64,000 bases of DNA from Patescibacteria group bacterium (GTDB taxonomy: Bacteria > Patescibacteriota > Kazan-3B-28): positions 143,702-207,701 of the forward strand of contig JBAZNQ010000002.1 in NCBI GenBank assembly GCA_041649135.1. The letters run 5' to 3'. Position 1 is the first letter of the stretch. Each line of letters starts with the position of its first letter. The position numbers and the translations under genes were made by a program. The notes beneath the pieces are model-generated. The model did no database searches. It was not told the DNA's origin and worked only from the letters and a program-made list of their open reading frames with translations. Below are positions 27,002 to 38,300 of the stretch, piece by piece.

Positions 27002-27379
27002 CTAGGCCGGTCGTCGACAAAGAGATAAGCTGTTCCTTAGGCACAGAAAGACTCTCTCCGTTCTAGAATCTTCTGGTTGAAAATGATCCAATCGCCACCG
27101 GATGTACTCTCGAGCATCCGCCATGGTTGTCGACCGATCCAAATCCTTGAGGATATCCTGTTCTAGCCGGTGTAGTTGACTCCATACGGAGGGATCAAAT
27201 GATCCACGCACCTCATTCAGGATGCTTCCGATTTGTGCGCGATATCTTTCCAGCCGTTTTACTGCTTGCTCCTCTTCTCGATACCGTGAGATATCGAATC
27301 TGCGAAGAAGGGCGAGTCGTAAAACTCTTAATTTCTGACCGACCCAGTCTCTGATTCTGATTAGGTGCAGTAGCTTCAT
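27002..27379 (-). CDS. Hypothetical protein
   Basis: 125-aa ORF with AGGAGG RBS. Confidence 0.6.
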   Translation of the reverse strand: MKLLHLIRIRDWVGQKLRVLRLALLRRFDISRYREEEQAVKRLERYRAQIGSILNEVRGSFDPSVWSQLHRLEQDILKDLDRSTTMADAREYIRWRLDHFQPEDSRTERVFLCLRNSLSLCRRPA

Positions 27380-27511
27380 ACATTACCTCCTAGCGTCTGG
27401 GATAGGATAGCACGTTGGTTGAAGCAACCTCCGGCAGTCTACCAGCCCGTATCAGATCGGTCAACCCTCCTTATACCAAAGCAACCAACCCAATCTCTTG
27501 GATTGTCTCTC

Positions 27512-27586
27512 TGGTCGGGGTGACAGGAATTGAACCTGCGACCTCACGGCCCCCAGCCGTGCGCGCTACCCCTGCGCCACACCCCG
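27512..27586 (-). tRNA. tRNA-Pro(GGG)
   Basis: CGGGGTG..CACGG-CT GGG GG-CCGTG..GGTTCAATTCC..CACCCCGACCA. Confidence 0.93.
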
Positions 27587-27610
27587 ATTTCCGGAGAACG
27601 TTTAACGTTT

Positions 27611-27686
27611 TGGTGCTCTCGGGAGGAATCGAACCTCCACCAACCCCTTAGGACGGGGCTACTCTAATCCGTTGAGCTACGAGAGC
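27611..27686 (-). tRNA. tRNA-Arg(CCT)
   Basis: GCTCTCG..GCCCC-GT CCT AA-GGGGT..GGTTCGATTCC..CGAGAGCACCA. Confidence 0.9.
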
Positions 27687-27826
27687 ATATTTAATAGAAT
27701 GCGCTGATTGTATAGGGTAGAATAAGACTAAGACCGAGAATAATCAACATTACCATCCAGATTAGCCTTTCCGCCTTGTGTGATTTTTTCGCCATACGCT
27801 TATCATTATAGAAAGCCCGCTCCAAA

Positions 27827-28414
27827 ATGCCTAACACCGAAGAATTTATTCCCGAGTTTACGGGTCAGCGCGAGACTGAACAAGTCGAGCTGATGTTGTT
27901 CCAACATTGGTTTATGCTAGCCTTGCCACTGACCAAGGCATTTGTCGTGATTATCATTTCCTTGGCTGTGCCGATTTGGTTACATTGGACCAGCTTTATT
28001 TTTAGTTATGGTCTGACGACCGCAGTTTATTACCTCTGGCTGGTGTTTTGGATCTGCTATATGGTTTATGCTTATTCCAATTGGTATCGTGATCGGTTCA
28101 TCATCACTAGCGAACGAGTGATTGACATAAATCAACGGGGTTTGTTTAGCCGCAAGGTTTCCGAAGTGGAGTTGAACCGAATCCAGAATATCACTTACTC
28201 GGTTGATGGGATTTTTGCTACGATGTTTAATTTTGGCACTATCGTGATTCAATCGGCTGGCGCGAATGATTTGACCCTTAAGCGAATCGCGGATCCAGCC
28301 GGTATTCAAGAAGAGATTACTCGTTTGGTTAAAGCTAAAGCCAAAGACCAGCCCGTCACTGCCGAGGAGTTGGTTGACTTCATCAAATCCACTCGGCACG
28401 ATCCGAAGTCTTGA
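27827..28414 (+). CDS. Membrane protein with bacterial PH domain
   Basis: Two TMs then ITSERVIDINQRGLFSR...RIQNI...FNFGTIVIQSAG. Confidence 0.85.
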   Translation: MPNTEEFIPEFTGQRETEQVELMLFQHWFMLALPLTKAFVVIIISLAVPIWLHWTSFIFSYGLTTAVYYLWLVFWICYMVYAYSNWYRDRFIITSERVIDINQRGLFSRKVSEVELNRIQNITYSVDGIFATMFNFGTIVIQSAGANDLTLKRIADPAGIQEEITRLVKAKAKDQPVTAEELVDFIKSTRHDPKS

Positions 28415-28460
28415 GACTAGCATTATCGGGTAGGATATACTAAAATAGCTTCGTTCTTGT

Positions 28461-28537
28461 GGGGGTGTAGCTCAGTTGGTTAGAGCGCCTCCCTGTCACG
28501 GAGGAGGTCGCGGGTTCGAGCCCCGTCACTCCCGCCA
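28461..28537 (+). tRNA. tRNA-Asp(GTC)
   Basis: GGGGGTG..CCTCC-CT GTC AC-GGAGG..GGTTCGAGCCC..CACTCCCGCCA. Confidence 0.95.
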
Positions 28538-28581
28538 GCAACGCTTTGTGTAGCAAGGCGGACTGGCCCGCCACAAAAACA

Positions 28582-29004
28582 ATGGCTAAGACTTATTCTC
28601 TCTATACTGATGGGGGGGCTCGGGGCAACCCCGGCCCAGCCGCAATTGGCGGTGTGATTTTTGACGCCTCCAACCAAGTCGTCAAAGAGTTTTCCCGCTA
28701 CATCGGTGAGACCACGAATAATCAAGCCGAGTATCGGGCATTGGTTTTTGGATTAACTCAAATCACCAAACTTGTCGGTACAAAAACTAGCCAAACCAAA
28801 ATCACTGCCTTTCTTGACAGCGAGTTAGTCGTCAAACAATTAAAAGGGGAGTATCGGGTTCGCGATGCCGATCTTCAGCCGCTTTATGCTCAAGTCGTCA
28901 AATTAGCCCAACCATTTCAGCAGATTTCTTTCACTCACATTCGACGTGAAAAAAACCAGCACGCTGATCGGCTGGTCAATCAAGCTCTGGATAGGCGGGG
29001 CTAG
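28582..29004 (+). CDS. rnhA: Ribonuclease HI family protein
   Basis: YTDGGARGNPGPAA, TNNQAEY, DSELVVKQL.GEY.V, HIRREKN..ADRL. Confidence 0.9.
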   Translation: MAKTYSLYTDGGARGNPGPAAIGGVIFDASNQVVKEFSRYIGETTNNQAEYRALVFGLTQITKLVGTKTSQTKITAFLDSELVVKQLKGEYRVRDADLQPLYAQVVKLAQPFQQISFTHIRREKNQHADRLVNQALDRRG

Positions 29005-29052
29005 TCACTAGTATTTCTCTTCACTATCATCCTCCGGCTACTTTACCCTGCT

Positions 29053-29194
29053 GTCATCCTCTGGCTTGCGTTAGTCCTCCGTAGCTCAACGAGCGAAGGA
29101 CGGAACCAGGGGATCCAGAAAAGAAAAGGAAAATGTTTTTGTTTCTGGCTAGATCCCCGATGTCGGATGGCTTCGCCTCCGGCTCGAGGATGAC
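29053..29194. repeat. Inverted pair of GTCAT-type repeats with nested hairpins
   Basis: GTCATCCTCTGG[..GTCCTCCGTAGCTCAACGAGCGAAGGAC..]CCAGGGGATCCAGA ... TAGATCCCCGA..TCGAGGATGAC. Confidence 0.85.
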
Positions 29195-29243
29195 AAAAAA
29201 AGAGTCCAGATGGACTCAACTTACATCCCACAACTCACAGCCC

Positions 29244-29753
29244 TTACTCATATTTCACTACAAAGCTTTTATCCAGACTCTGGTACTTCGCATCGTTCAC
29301 CGCTTCTGGATTAGCGGTGTAGATTTTGTATTCCAAACTTCCCACCATATCCGACATTAATGGGAAACTGACTTTGCCATTATCATTAGTCAGAAAGAAA
29401 GCTCGTTCCGACTCCGGACTATACCAATCAAAATAAGTCAGCCGATTAGTTCGCAAAGTCGGATCAGCGATTTGTAGCCCAACCCAAATTCCCGTTGCCG
29501 GTAGGCTAGTCGTCTTATCAGTAACTGTCAAAACCACCTCACCCTGTTGCTTACCATCAGCATACAGTTCGTATGGGGGAAGTTTGATATTGGTAACTGC
29601 TAGCGTCGTAGCCGAAGCTACTGGCTGTCCCGACAACAACCAACCGCCCGCTGATACTGCGATAGTCAGAATGAATAAAGCGCTAAACACTCCCCAGCGC
29701 TCATGGCTGTTGTAAGTTCGATTGCGGCGGAAATGGTGGAGGAGATGAGGCAT
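29244..29753 (-). CDS. Membrane-anchored Ig-like hypothetical protein
   Basis: N-terminal TM; ADGKQQGEVVLTVTD...TNDNGKVSF resembles Big_1-type Ig domains. Confidence 0.6.
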   Translation of the reverse strand: MPHLLHHFRRNRTYNSHERWGVFSALFILTIAVSAGGWLLSGQPVASATTLAVTNIKLPPYELYADGKQQGEVVLTVTDKTTSLPATGIWVGLQIADPTLRTNRLTYFDWYSPESERAFFLTNDNGKVSFPLMSDMVGSLEYKIYTANPEAVNDAKYQSLDKSFVVKYE

Positions 29754-29777
29754 AGATCTAGAGATTAGAGACGAGAG

Positions 29778-30155
29778 TTAAGATTTTTGCGATAATCTTA
29801 TTTTTGATAGCAAGCTTGTGATGGTTGCGGAAATCATTTTACTAATTTCTATGAATATTCCCTAAATTGTTTGAAACTGCGCGCCCGTAATATAGCCAAG
29901 GTTTTTGGCAATGATTAGTTGCGTCTCTGCTTCAGCCAAAGATCCGCGAGCGATACACAAAAATCTAACAAAGTCTTTGGTTGAATTTCGCGCCCAGCCT
30001 TCGGCAATATTTGATGGCACGGATACTACGCTACGATTAACCTGGACAGTCAGCGCATATTGCTCTGATACTGGAAAAGTTCGAGTAAGGGCATAGGTTT
30101 GTTTGACGAGGTCAATAGCTTTCTGCCAAAGTTGTAAGTCTTGATAACTTGTCAT
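29778..30155 (-). pseudogene. Four helix bundle protein with in-frame TAG at 29862-29864
   Basis: SYQDLQLWQK..FP..EQYALT.QVNRSVVSVPSNIAEG..GSLAEAETQL; the frame continues past TAG as GIFIEISKMISATITSLLSKIRLSQKS* (the expected last helix). Confidence 0.75.
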
Positions 30156-30209
30156 CCCCCTTCTATGCTCTGTTACCTATATCTTACCCTATTCTCTATA
30201 CTCTACTCT

Positions 30210-33200
30210 CTACCCCATGTTCTCTTTCGAAAAGTGGGTTTTATCATAATGCTCTACCCATGCCAGCGCGACGGCGGCCGCTAGAGTTAGGCCAAGCAGG
30301 ATGAGCTGGAGTCCGTTCATACCAGTCACCGGCAAACGTTTTGGTCCGTGATAGTTGACTACATCAGCAATTTTAACTATTGCCACCGTGTAGCCAATTT
30401 TACCGTTGTAAAGAGTCGCGACCAACACATCATCATAGTAAGTCCCCAAATTCTTTCCGGCCACAAAGGTACTGGTACTCGAATCACCATTTGTACCATT
30501 CAAGTCGATTGTACCGCTTTTTTCAATCAGCACATGCCATTTGAATTTCAATGTTTCGATTACTTTACCATCAGTATCATAACCAATCGCTTTAAATACT
30601 TGTTTACCATTGGGTAGGAGAGTGGTCTCGCTCGGCTTGATTTCTACTCGGTCAATAATCCGACCAGTATCATCCTCTACCTCTTCCAGCTCTTCCAATA
30701 ATTCCTCCTCGTCGAGAGCTTTATAGACACTCATTACTGCCGCCGCATTGGCCAGTCCAGTATCTGGCCACTGGGGGTAGTTATCGGCAATTGCAATTGA
30801 CACTAGACCAGTCACGGAATCTTTAAAGTAAACCGTTACTCCAGTTTGATCACCATCAGTAGTCAGGTATTGTGGCATACCATTTTCATCATTTTGAGCT
30901 ACCAGCAAGTATGGCAACTTATTTTGGTTGAGATCATAAAAGGCACCGGTAGTAGTCGAACTATAGAAGTACAATTTATCCGGCAGAGTCAAAGTACTAC
31001 CATCAACTGATTGAGCAGTAATATTGATTGGCGAGCTGAATCGTCCAACTTTAACACTCGTGCTACAATTACCCATTTTCAAAGAGTCCAATGGTCGTTC
31101 GCCGGCAATTACCTCAACTAATTTTGTACCAGCTGGCCAACCCTTGTTCGGATCTTCTAACGCCAAAATAGTCAAAAAGTTTGGTGTGGAAACCATCGTG
31201 TCTTGGTAATAAAAAGTGGCTGTACTGGAACCTTGGGCAATTGTGATGTGCGGGTTTTCGCCTAAAGCTTTTTTGCTCGAGTTCCAGAATGAACCAGTCT
31301 CGCGTTCTTGTACACCCAAGTGGGCTCTTAGTCCGATACTGATATTTTCCTCTGCCAAATAGTCTTCTTCAGACAAACTGTCGACTAATTTCACAATAAA
31401 CGGCACGCTCTCCTGCCCAACCACAACATACACCAGCGAAACAGCTGGGGAGACAATCCGGACAACCGGGTCAGCCGTAGTAAATTCCCATTCTTTCGGT
31501 GCATCTTTCAGGCCAGACTTGTCTTCAGCGTCAAAAGCCGATTTGATAATCACTTTATAAACCGCACCGGGCGTCAGTTCTCCATACCGCTGATTGGCTG
31601 GATCTAGTGGGGGGGTAAGAGTAAACAAAGCATTGCTGTGACCTTCCCGTTCACTCCAAGTTGGTTTCCAATCTTCCAACTCCGCAGGTGTAAATTCATA
31701 GCCGCTTTCTGCCAATGAATATGTAAATGGATGTTCTGTATCATCAAGCAATACCGAACGGTTAAAACCGATCTCGATGGGTTGCTTCAGCGGATTATTG
31801 TCGGGATGGTCAAGCGCTGGCTTATAGTAGACGATTTGTAGTGGTAGCGATGGGTCGCCCTCTTCCACATCGACCGTTACCTTCACCTCGGACTTTTCCG
31901 GCGGGCTTACCAATGCGTCCCATACATAAGCTGTGTTGGTAATGGTAGTCGGCACTTCTATTGTTCCTCTAGCTACCGCCTCAAAACTAAAAGTCAGGGG
32001 AGAGGAATTGGGTAATACTCCGCTAGCTTTTGCTCTCACCGTTTGAGTCGCTTCGTCATAGTACGGCGGGATAGTCCATCGGCTGTCTTCTTTGAAATTG
32101 ATCGGACCGGGACCAAAGAAGATCGGTGGTTGTCCGGACGAATTATCATACGCTGGCACAAAATCACTGAATTCAATATCACCCAGCGTAGTGCCGGTGT
32201 TGGCAAGCGATACTGAATAAGTTACTGTATCACCAGCCCGAACCGTAGTGGGGGAGACAGTCATCTGACTGGTGGTGACCACGGCGTCGTGAGCAATTTT
32301 AAAACTGTCCCAACAGGGTAGCGGCACATCCGGCTCTTCGGTATAGTTCTCATTGTCATAAATATTAGCCGTTAACTTACTGTTAAATGAATTGCCAAGA
32401 TATGGGATGTTAATTTTGACGGTAAATTTTACTACCACCGGAAACCCATACCTAATCGGTACACTAGAACTATTGCGCCATTCCAGTCTCACCACCCGAC
32501 CACCTTCAGAGATTGGTACCATCGTACCTCCGCCAGGATTGTCAGTTCGGACGTATGTTAGTTCATCTGGAATACTGATTTTTGCCGCTACATTAGTGGC
32601 GTCATCACCACTAAGATTTTCAAGCGTCAAGGTAAACTGTGCCTCATCTCCAGTGTTGTATGACCCATCACCATTTGGTCCGTTGGGCACTTCTAATCTT
32701 GGAAACAGGTTCGGACTTATCAATCGCTGGGTTTTAAAAGTGAATTTTTTGGGAGCTGGAAACTGTAAGTCTTTTATATGATCAGGACACAACATGACAC
32801 TAGTATCCCCCCCCCAGCGACAGATCTCTGGTTCTGGATGGTCACCAGCATCATTCTGTGGTGGCTGATAGCACAAGGCACCACATGGGTATGAACAGGA
32901 GTTGCTGTTCAGCTGGTTGCCAGCTTCATCAGTCGCATTAGTAATATCAAAAGTATACTCGGTCTCATAATCCATTCCGGAATGTGATACCACTATTTTC
33001 GTATCTCCCTCGCTCCAAACTACAGATAATCCTGCCACCGGAGTTTTTTGTGCGTCGGCACTTTTATAAAACTCATACCTGAATGTGTTTGTAACAATCG
33101 GTTCGGAAAAATAAATTCTTATCGGTTGAGCAATCACGACAGGCTCACCATAATTATGATAAATACCCTGACCGTCACGGGGATCAGTACCGCCATTAAA

Positions 33201-35126
33201 CGGAATCTGGGGTGCGAGCAGATCGATCGTAGTCATTGCATCCCAACTTGCTGGCGGGTCTTCCACATTATTGTTGTTGTCTGTAGCTACTGAATAGAAA
33301 GACCATGTTTCGCCATGTTTTACTGGTACGTTCCAGCTATACGGAGCAGAAGTATCCGGATTACTAGCGTCGCCCCATAATACATAGTTATCACCATCAA
33401 GACTAATATAAAGGGCAACGTCTCTTACACCGCTATTACCATCACTAGCCGTGGCAGTAACTGCTAATTTTGAGTCAAAACATCGGTCTTCAGTTGTACT
33501 ATAAGGGGAATCAGGCTTTACTACTTGTGATTCCGGCGCAGTCTTATCTTCCGATGGCGGAGTGCCACCCGTGGTGTAACCAACCGTCAGGTCATCTAAG
33601 ATTGGTGCAGTTCCGGTCGGATAAATTTTAAGATAAATAGTGTTGCCTCCTAATGGCCAACTACCCAGCACACCCGCTGGCAACAGATCACTCAATTTGG
33701 TGGCAAAGGCTGGAGCATCGGTGTCGGAAGTCTTCCAACTACCAGTAGCAGTATCGTAGTAATACCATGTAGTGCCTCCAGCAGTCAGACCAAACGCGAT
33801 TTTAATTTCGCCAGTATTTAATGCGTGATACGTTGCGGTTACGCTGGTAACAGATCCCACATGTGCTATTCCTGTCGCTGTGACCATTGAAGTATCACTT
33901 GCTACTGCAGTTGCTTTCCAAACATCCGCTGCCCCTCCAACTGTTTCGGCCGAACCAAATAGCAGTACTGTTCCAGTATCCACTAATGCGCCATTCCGGA
34001 TCGGCCCGTTAGTATCAGCAATTGCAGTATGGGAAAGCCAATGGGCGCCATTGTCTAACGTACTCACAATATTAGTAGGGTCACCAGCGGTCGCAACGGC
34101 CGCGAAGGGGATTGACTGGTAGCTTGCGAAATCCATTACTGCTGTGCCAGTACCCATTGCGGCAGAAATATCCGTCCAGTCAGCTGGGTCATTTAAAGTT
34201 CCACCTCCGCCCAAGTTAAGATTGGTAGCATAAATTGAACCGCCCATGCCGCCTACACCTCCGCCCACATACAGCCAGCCCCCGATATACGCCGCAGTTC
34301 GCAAATACTTTGGCGTTCCCGGCAGAGTTGCTTCCGACCAACCCGCTCCGCCGTTGGTGGTATAAGCTAGGTGTCCAGCATTGGCCGCCGCCGCATCGTA
34401 TCCGACCATGATAATCGTATTAGAGCTGGTGCAGATGATATCGGTCGGAGTTGGAACTATCGCAGTCATGACTGCGGTTACTCCCCAGCTCTGTCCTTTA
34501 TCAGACGAAACATAGGTGTGGCCCACATCATCTACGGCATAAGCCTTGGAGTTAGTAGTATCCCAAGTTACCGATACCCAGCCAGTAGCGCCAGCGGCCA
34601 ACGCGATCCCACTCACATTCCAGTTTGCTCCGCTATCGTCTGAATAATATGATGCTGGATTACCGGCCCCATCATCTCCTACGGCGATGAGGTCTGTGTC
34701 AGTAGTCTCGATGATCTGAAGATTATTAGTGACACCCGTAGCGACCGATGACCACGTTGCTCCACCGTCGGTAGATTTATATGCGTCTCCACCATTAGCT
34801 TCCATGGTTGCCCACAGCGTCCCGTCAGACGCATACTCTATGTTTCTAACTGCCAAAGCGGCCGGTAGGCCAGTCCCATATCCAGTTGAAGTCCAAGTGT
34901 CATAGAAATGAGCCACCCCATCGCCGGTTCCGTCGTAGTCAAAAATACTGATGTTCGTGTCTAATAGATAGTCACCAGCGGCATTAAAATCCCATGTTTG
35001 AGTTTCCGCACCCGCACGCGCTACATTTGTTCCCATCCAGCTGATCGGCAGGATACTTTGGATCACTAAAATCACAGCTGTTAAAACTGCCAGTCGCTTG
35101 CGTTGTTCAACTAAAGCTTTGAACAT
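30210..35126 (-). CDS. Large surface protein: BNR/beta-propeller, Ig-like (Big_5/DUF11-like) domains, C-terminal LPVTG + TM
   Basis: Signal peptide; S.D.G.TW Asp-box repeats; I.I.FSEP; GDTVTYSVSLAN; RLPVTGMNGLQLILLGLTLAAAVALAW. Confidence 0.8.
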   Translation of the reverse strand: MFKALVEQRKRLAVLTAVILVIQSILPISWMGTNVARAGAETQTWDFNAAGDYLLDTNISIFDYDGTGDGVAHFYDTWTSTGYGTGLPAALAVRNIEYASDGTLWATMEANGGDAYKSTDGGATWSSVATGVTNNLQIIETTDTDLIAVGDDGAGNPASYYSDDSGANWNVSGIALAAGATGWVSVTWDTTNSKAYAVDDVGHTYVSSDKGQSWGVTAVMTAIVPTPTDIICTSSNTIIMVGYDAAAANAGHLAYTTNGGAGWSEATLPGTPKYLRTAAYIGGWLYVGGGVGGMGGSIYATNLNLGGGGTLNDPADWTDISAAMGTGTAVMDFASYQSIPFAAVATAGDPTNIVSTLDNGAHWLSHTAIADTNGPIRNGALVDTGTVLLFGSAETVGGAADVWKATAVASDTSMVTATGIAHVGSVTSVTATYHALNTGEIKIAFGLTAGGTTWYYYDTATGSWKTSDTDAPAFATKLSDLLPAGVLGSWPLGGNTIYLKIYPTGTAPILDDLTVGYTTGGTPPSEDKTAPESQVVKPDSPYSTTEDRCFDSKLAVTATASDGNSGVRDVALYISLDGDNYVLWGDASNPDTSAPYSWNVPVKHGETWSFYSVATDNNNNVEDPPASWDAMTTIDLLAPQIPFNGGTDPRDGQGIYHNYGEPVVIAQPIRIYFSEPIVTNTFRYEFYKSADAQKTPVAGLSVVWSEGDTKIVVSHSGMDYETEYTFDITNATDEAGNQLNSNSCSYPCGALCYQPPQNDAGDHPEPEICRWGGDTSVMLCPDHIKDLQFPAPKKFTFKTQRLISPNLFPRLEVPNGPNGDGSYNTGDEAQFTLTLENLSGDDATNVAAKISIPDELTYVRTDNPGGGTMVPISEGGRVVRLEWRNSSSVPIRYGFPVVVKFTVKINIPYLGNSFNSKLTANIYDNENYTEEPDVPLPCWDSFKIAHDAVVTTSQMTVSPTTVRAGDTVTYSVSLANTGTTLGDIEFSDFVPAYDNSSGQPPIFFGPGPINFKEDSRWTIPPYYDEATQTVRAKASGVLPNSSPLTFSFEAVARGTIEVPTTITNTAYVWDALVSPPEKSEVKVTVDVEEGDPSLPLQIVYYKPALDHPDNNPLKQPIEIGFNRSVLLDDTEHPFTYSLAESGYEFTPAELEDWKPTWSEREGHSNALFTLTPPLDPANQRYGELTPGAVYKVIIKSAFDAEDKSGLKDAPKEWEFTTADPVVRIVSPAVSLVYVVVGQESVPFIVKLVDSLSEEDYLAEENISIGLRAHLGVQERETGSFWNSSKKALGENPHITIAQGSSTATFYYQDTMVSTPNFLTILALEDPNKGWPAGTKLVEVIAGERPLDSLKMGNCSTSVKVGRFSSPINITAQSVDGSTLTLPDKLYFYSSTTTGAFYDLNQNKLPYLLVAQNDENGMPQYLTTDGDQTGVTVYFKDSVTGLVSIAIADNYPQWPDTGLANAAAVMSVYKALDEEELLEELEEVEDDTGRIIDRVEIKPSETTLLPNGKQVFKAIGYDTDGKVIETLKFKWHVLIEKSGTIDLNGTNGDSSTSTFVAGKNLGTYYDDVLVATLYNGKIGYTVAIVKIADVVNYHGPKRLPVTGMNGLQLILLGLTLAAAVALAWVEHYDKTHFSKENMG

Positions 35127-35325
35127 AGGTTTGGTGTTTGGTTTTTAATTTTTGGTTTTCCAGCTATGACAACTGGGGGAAGAACGAAAACTTATTAAGT
35201 TATTGTACTACAAAATTGCTAAAATGTCAATGGTAGCACTAGTGCCACTCTTTTATTGGAGTTGGGCTGGTTAAAGCTGCCACCTAACAGTAAAATAAAA
35301 ACAGCTACTATCTTTTTATATTGTC

Positions 35326-38300
35326 TTGTCTGGGGTGAAAAAAATTACTCAATCTGTTAAAACTACTAAACCGGTGTCGTTACTGCCGAATGTTTTGCTG
35401 TTGCCAGCGCCACATCACCGGAAATGGGGCTGGCTGATCTGGACGATCATCTTGCTCGGGCTTTTACTAGGCTCGATTTGGCTACTGCGTGGGTGTAAAA
35501 CCACTGTCGTTTCTGCCGTGCAGGCCGAAGCTTTGCAGGCACATTATGGTAAATTTGATTTGCTTGACGGCGGGCCCAGTTTGACTGGTGGTCCATATAA
35601 TCTCTTGGCCCAAGGGTTACATTATTACCATGAGGTCATGCCAGATGGTCGAATTTTATTTGTTTCCGACCTGACCAACCGGCTTGATACCAGCCAAACC
35701 GATTCTGCTGCTGATCCGGCAGAGATCGCTCAACAAGTATTTATCTTCGACCCGGCTGTAAATAAATTTCAAGATTCTCCAGTATCGCTGAATGACAAAT
35801 ATGATCTCGATACCAATTTACTGATCAAATCCGGTCAGCTGGCCGTGTTCGATCTCGACCCAACTGAACTGCGCAATGCTAGTGGCAATCTTTTTAATAC
35901 CGGACCGGGGGGCGTAAATCCAAAACTGGCACTTTACGATTCACTAACCGGCGAAAAGACTGATATCAAGCCAGAGGGCGAAGACCTCGCCTCTACTCAT
36001 TTCGGTCAGCACCCCTATATTTTTGAACTTTCAGACGGTATTCTCATCGGTGCTGTCGAATATTCCCAAATCGGTAACTATGCCGCCAAGCAAACTACGG
36101 CCGTTACTTTCTTCTACGACTATCACACCCAAAAACTCACCAAGCAAGTCGGTTCGATCGGCTTACCTGACACAGATTATTACACTAGTCAACCAGTAGT
36201 GAAATTGACCGACGATCAAAGTCTAATTTTAAGCGGTGCTGATCTTTATTTGTTAGATCACAAAACCAAAACGGCTGTTTTTAAACGTCGGTTAACTGCT
36301 TATCAAAGCAACGAAATCATTTCGGCTCAAATCATCCCCAATACAACTCTGGTTTGGATCATCGCCTCTAATTCTCAAACCATCACGGCTGATTCAATTA
36401 TTTATTTATATAATTTTGAAACTAATAATTTATATTCTCACCGCTTGGGCAACCTGCCGTTAAAACAGGGGACTGTGGCGAGCGAGTACATCCCCGGCCA
36501 AAGTAGCGGCATCCCTCGTGAATCAGACGAACCAGCCGACTCCAACCAACCGGCTACCATTAATGAAGCTGAAACCAATCTTTATCACCTTCAGCCATTG
36601 CGTGATGGGACAGTTCTTATCACCGGCAGCCGTTATTATGATTTGCCATGGAGTTTTGGTCTGACTACATTATTGAAAAATCAATGGCTCGACCGAGCTG
36701 ACCAAGCAACCACCGCCGACATTGATCCCGCCAATAACTACGCTGCCCAACTTGCTGCCAATTTAGCAGACAGCAGCTCGGCCTACAATTGTACGATCCA
36801 AGATTCGATCTTATTGTCAGACGGTCGGGTACTGTTTGCCGGTTGTCGGTGGTTCACCTACACTCCCGCCGCTTCTAAAACATCCACTCAAACTAATAAC
36901 GCCAATACTTTTGCCAGCCAATTAGGTCAAGTTGGTCATTGGACTGACGGCGGGAAATTGCTAGTGGGCGATGCCGAAAAAACAACTAATGATGAGGAAT
37001 ATAGTTTAGTTACTGATGCCAATCCCAAGTTCGGTATCCCATATGCTCTTCCAAATGGCAAAGTCCTGTTTGTTAATCCGGTTTTGGAGAAGCAACAAAA
37101 CGAGTGGGTTAATACTGATGTATTTGGCCAAGTCTACGATCCGGCTACCAGTCGCAGCCAATGGGTAACATCGTCAAACATCATCGGCAAAAAAGTCCCT
37201 TACACTAATGGCGTTACTGACAGCAAAGGCAACGTCCATTTCTTTGACACTCTCAAAGATGAGGAACTCATTTATTACGCCAACAGCGATCAGTTAGTTT
37301 TGCGTTCTCTCGTTGGCCAAGACTATGGTGACGGTGTGTATAAACCTGATTCTGCGACTGCCTTTGCTGGCCTGCCGGTAGCAGTCGATGACAAGATCTT
37401 TTTCTTTGATGGTCAAACTGTCGTGGTGTTCAATATCAAAAACGGACAATACTCCGACATCGAGAAACAGCGCGAAGCCGCTTGGTTGGAGAAACATCCC
37501 AAAGATAATGTTTCACAAGAGGTGATGGACGAACTTAATTCTGGACTCCCGATCTTTGATGCTACCTGTACTGTCAGCGATCCAACTGCTCGGTCGAAAA
37601 ATCTTTTTGGTGGTGTGTCATCGGGTAGCAAAGAGGTTTTATGCGGGGTGGAAAGCGCTCTTTATTTGGGCAACCACCGCATTCTACTTGCCGGCGGTAA
37701 TCAATTAAAAATTTATAATTATCAATCCACCAAAACCGAAGCTTTGCCAGACTTGGAGAACATACTTAATATTCGTCAGCTGTTCCGAATGTCCGATGGA
37801 CGGGTGGCGCTGGTTGGTCAAGCCACTCTTCCTAACGGCGAAACTCTGCGTTCCGGCCAACCCGATACCGTTAAAACTCAAGTCATTGAAATTCTAAACA
37901 TCAACACCCAAACTGTTAGTGATCCGATCACTAACCCTCATTTCCCGATGGGTGGAACTATGGACATTAGCTACGACGTTTGGAGTTTGCCCAACGATCG
38001 GCTCTTGTTTGCTGCCCAACTCGGCACTCGCTTATCACTATATGATCTACAACGACATTGTTGGCTAAATCCGCCGGAAGCCTTGGTTAATCTTGGCTAC
38101 GCTAACAATGATTTAATTACGCAATTATCTGACCGCCCGACCATTATTAAAATTGCTACCAAACTAAGCTACGTCGACTATACCAAAGAAACTTTGGCCA
38201 CAGACACCACTAGCCAAAGTGATGTTACAGTTTTACCAGCCGACGCCGTCGAGCTGTTCATCCCCGAAACTGGCCCGTGGGGGTATTACGACTCAACGGT

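Noticed and set aside
24533-27586. Shared 3' ends of two tRNA-Pro genes as attL/attR of an island
   Set aside because: Both are complete tRNAs with different anticodons, and the interval holds housekeeping genes (rpmB, tRNAs)
29862-29864. Stop-codon reassignment (alternative genetic code)
   Set aside because: TAG and TGA terminate conserved genes normally (e.g. smpB and rnhA with TAG, ndk with TGA), so this is an isolated nonsense change
21612-30155. Diversity-generating retroelement suggested by Avd-like four-helix-bundle genes
   Set aside because: No reverse transcriptase, and no TR/VR pair differing specifically at adenines was seen
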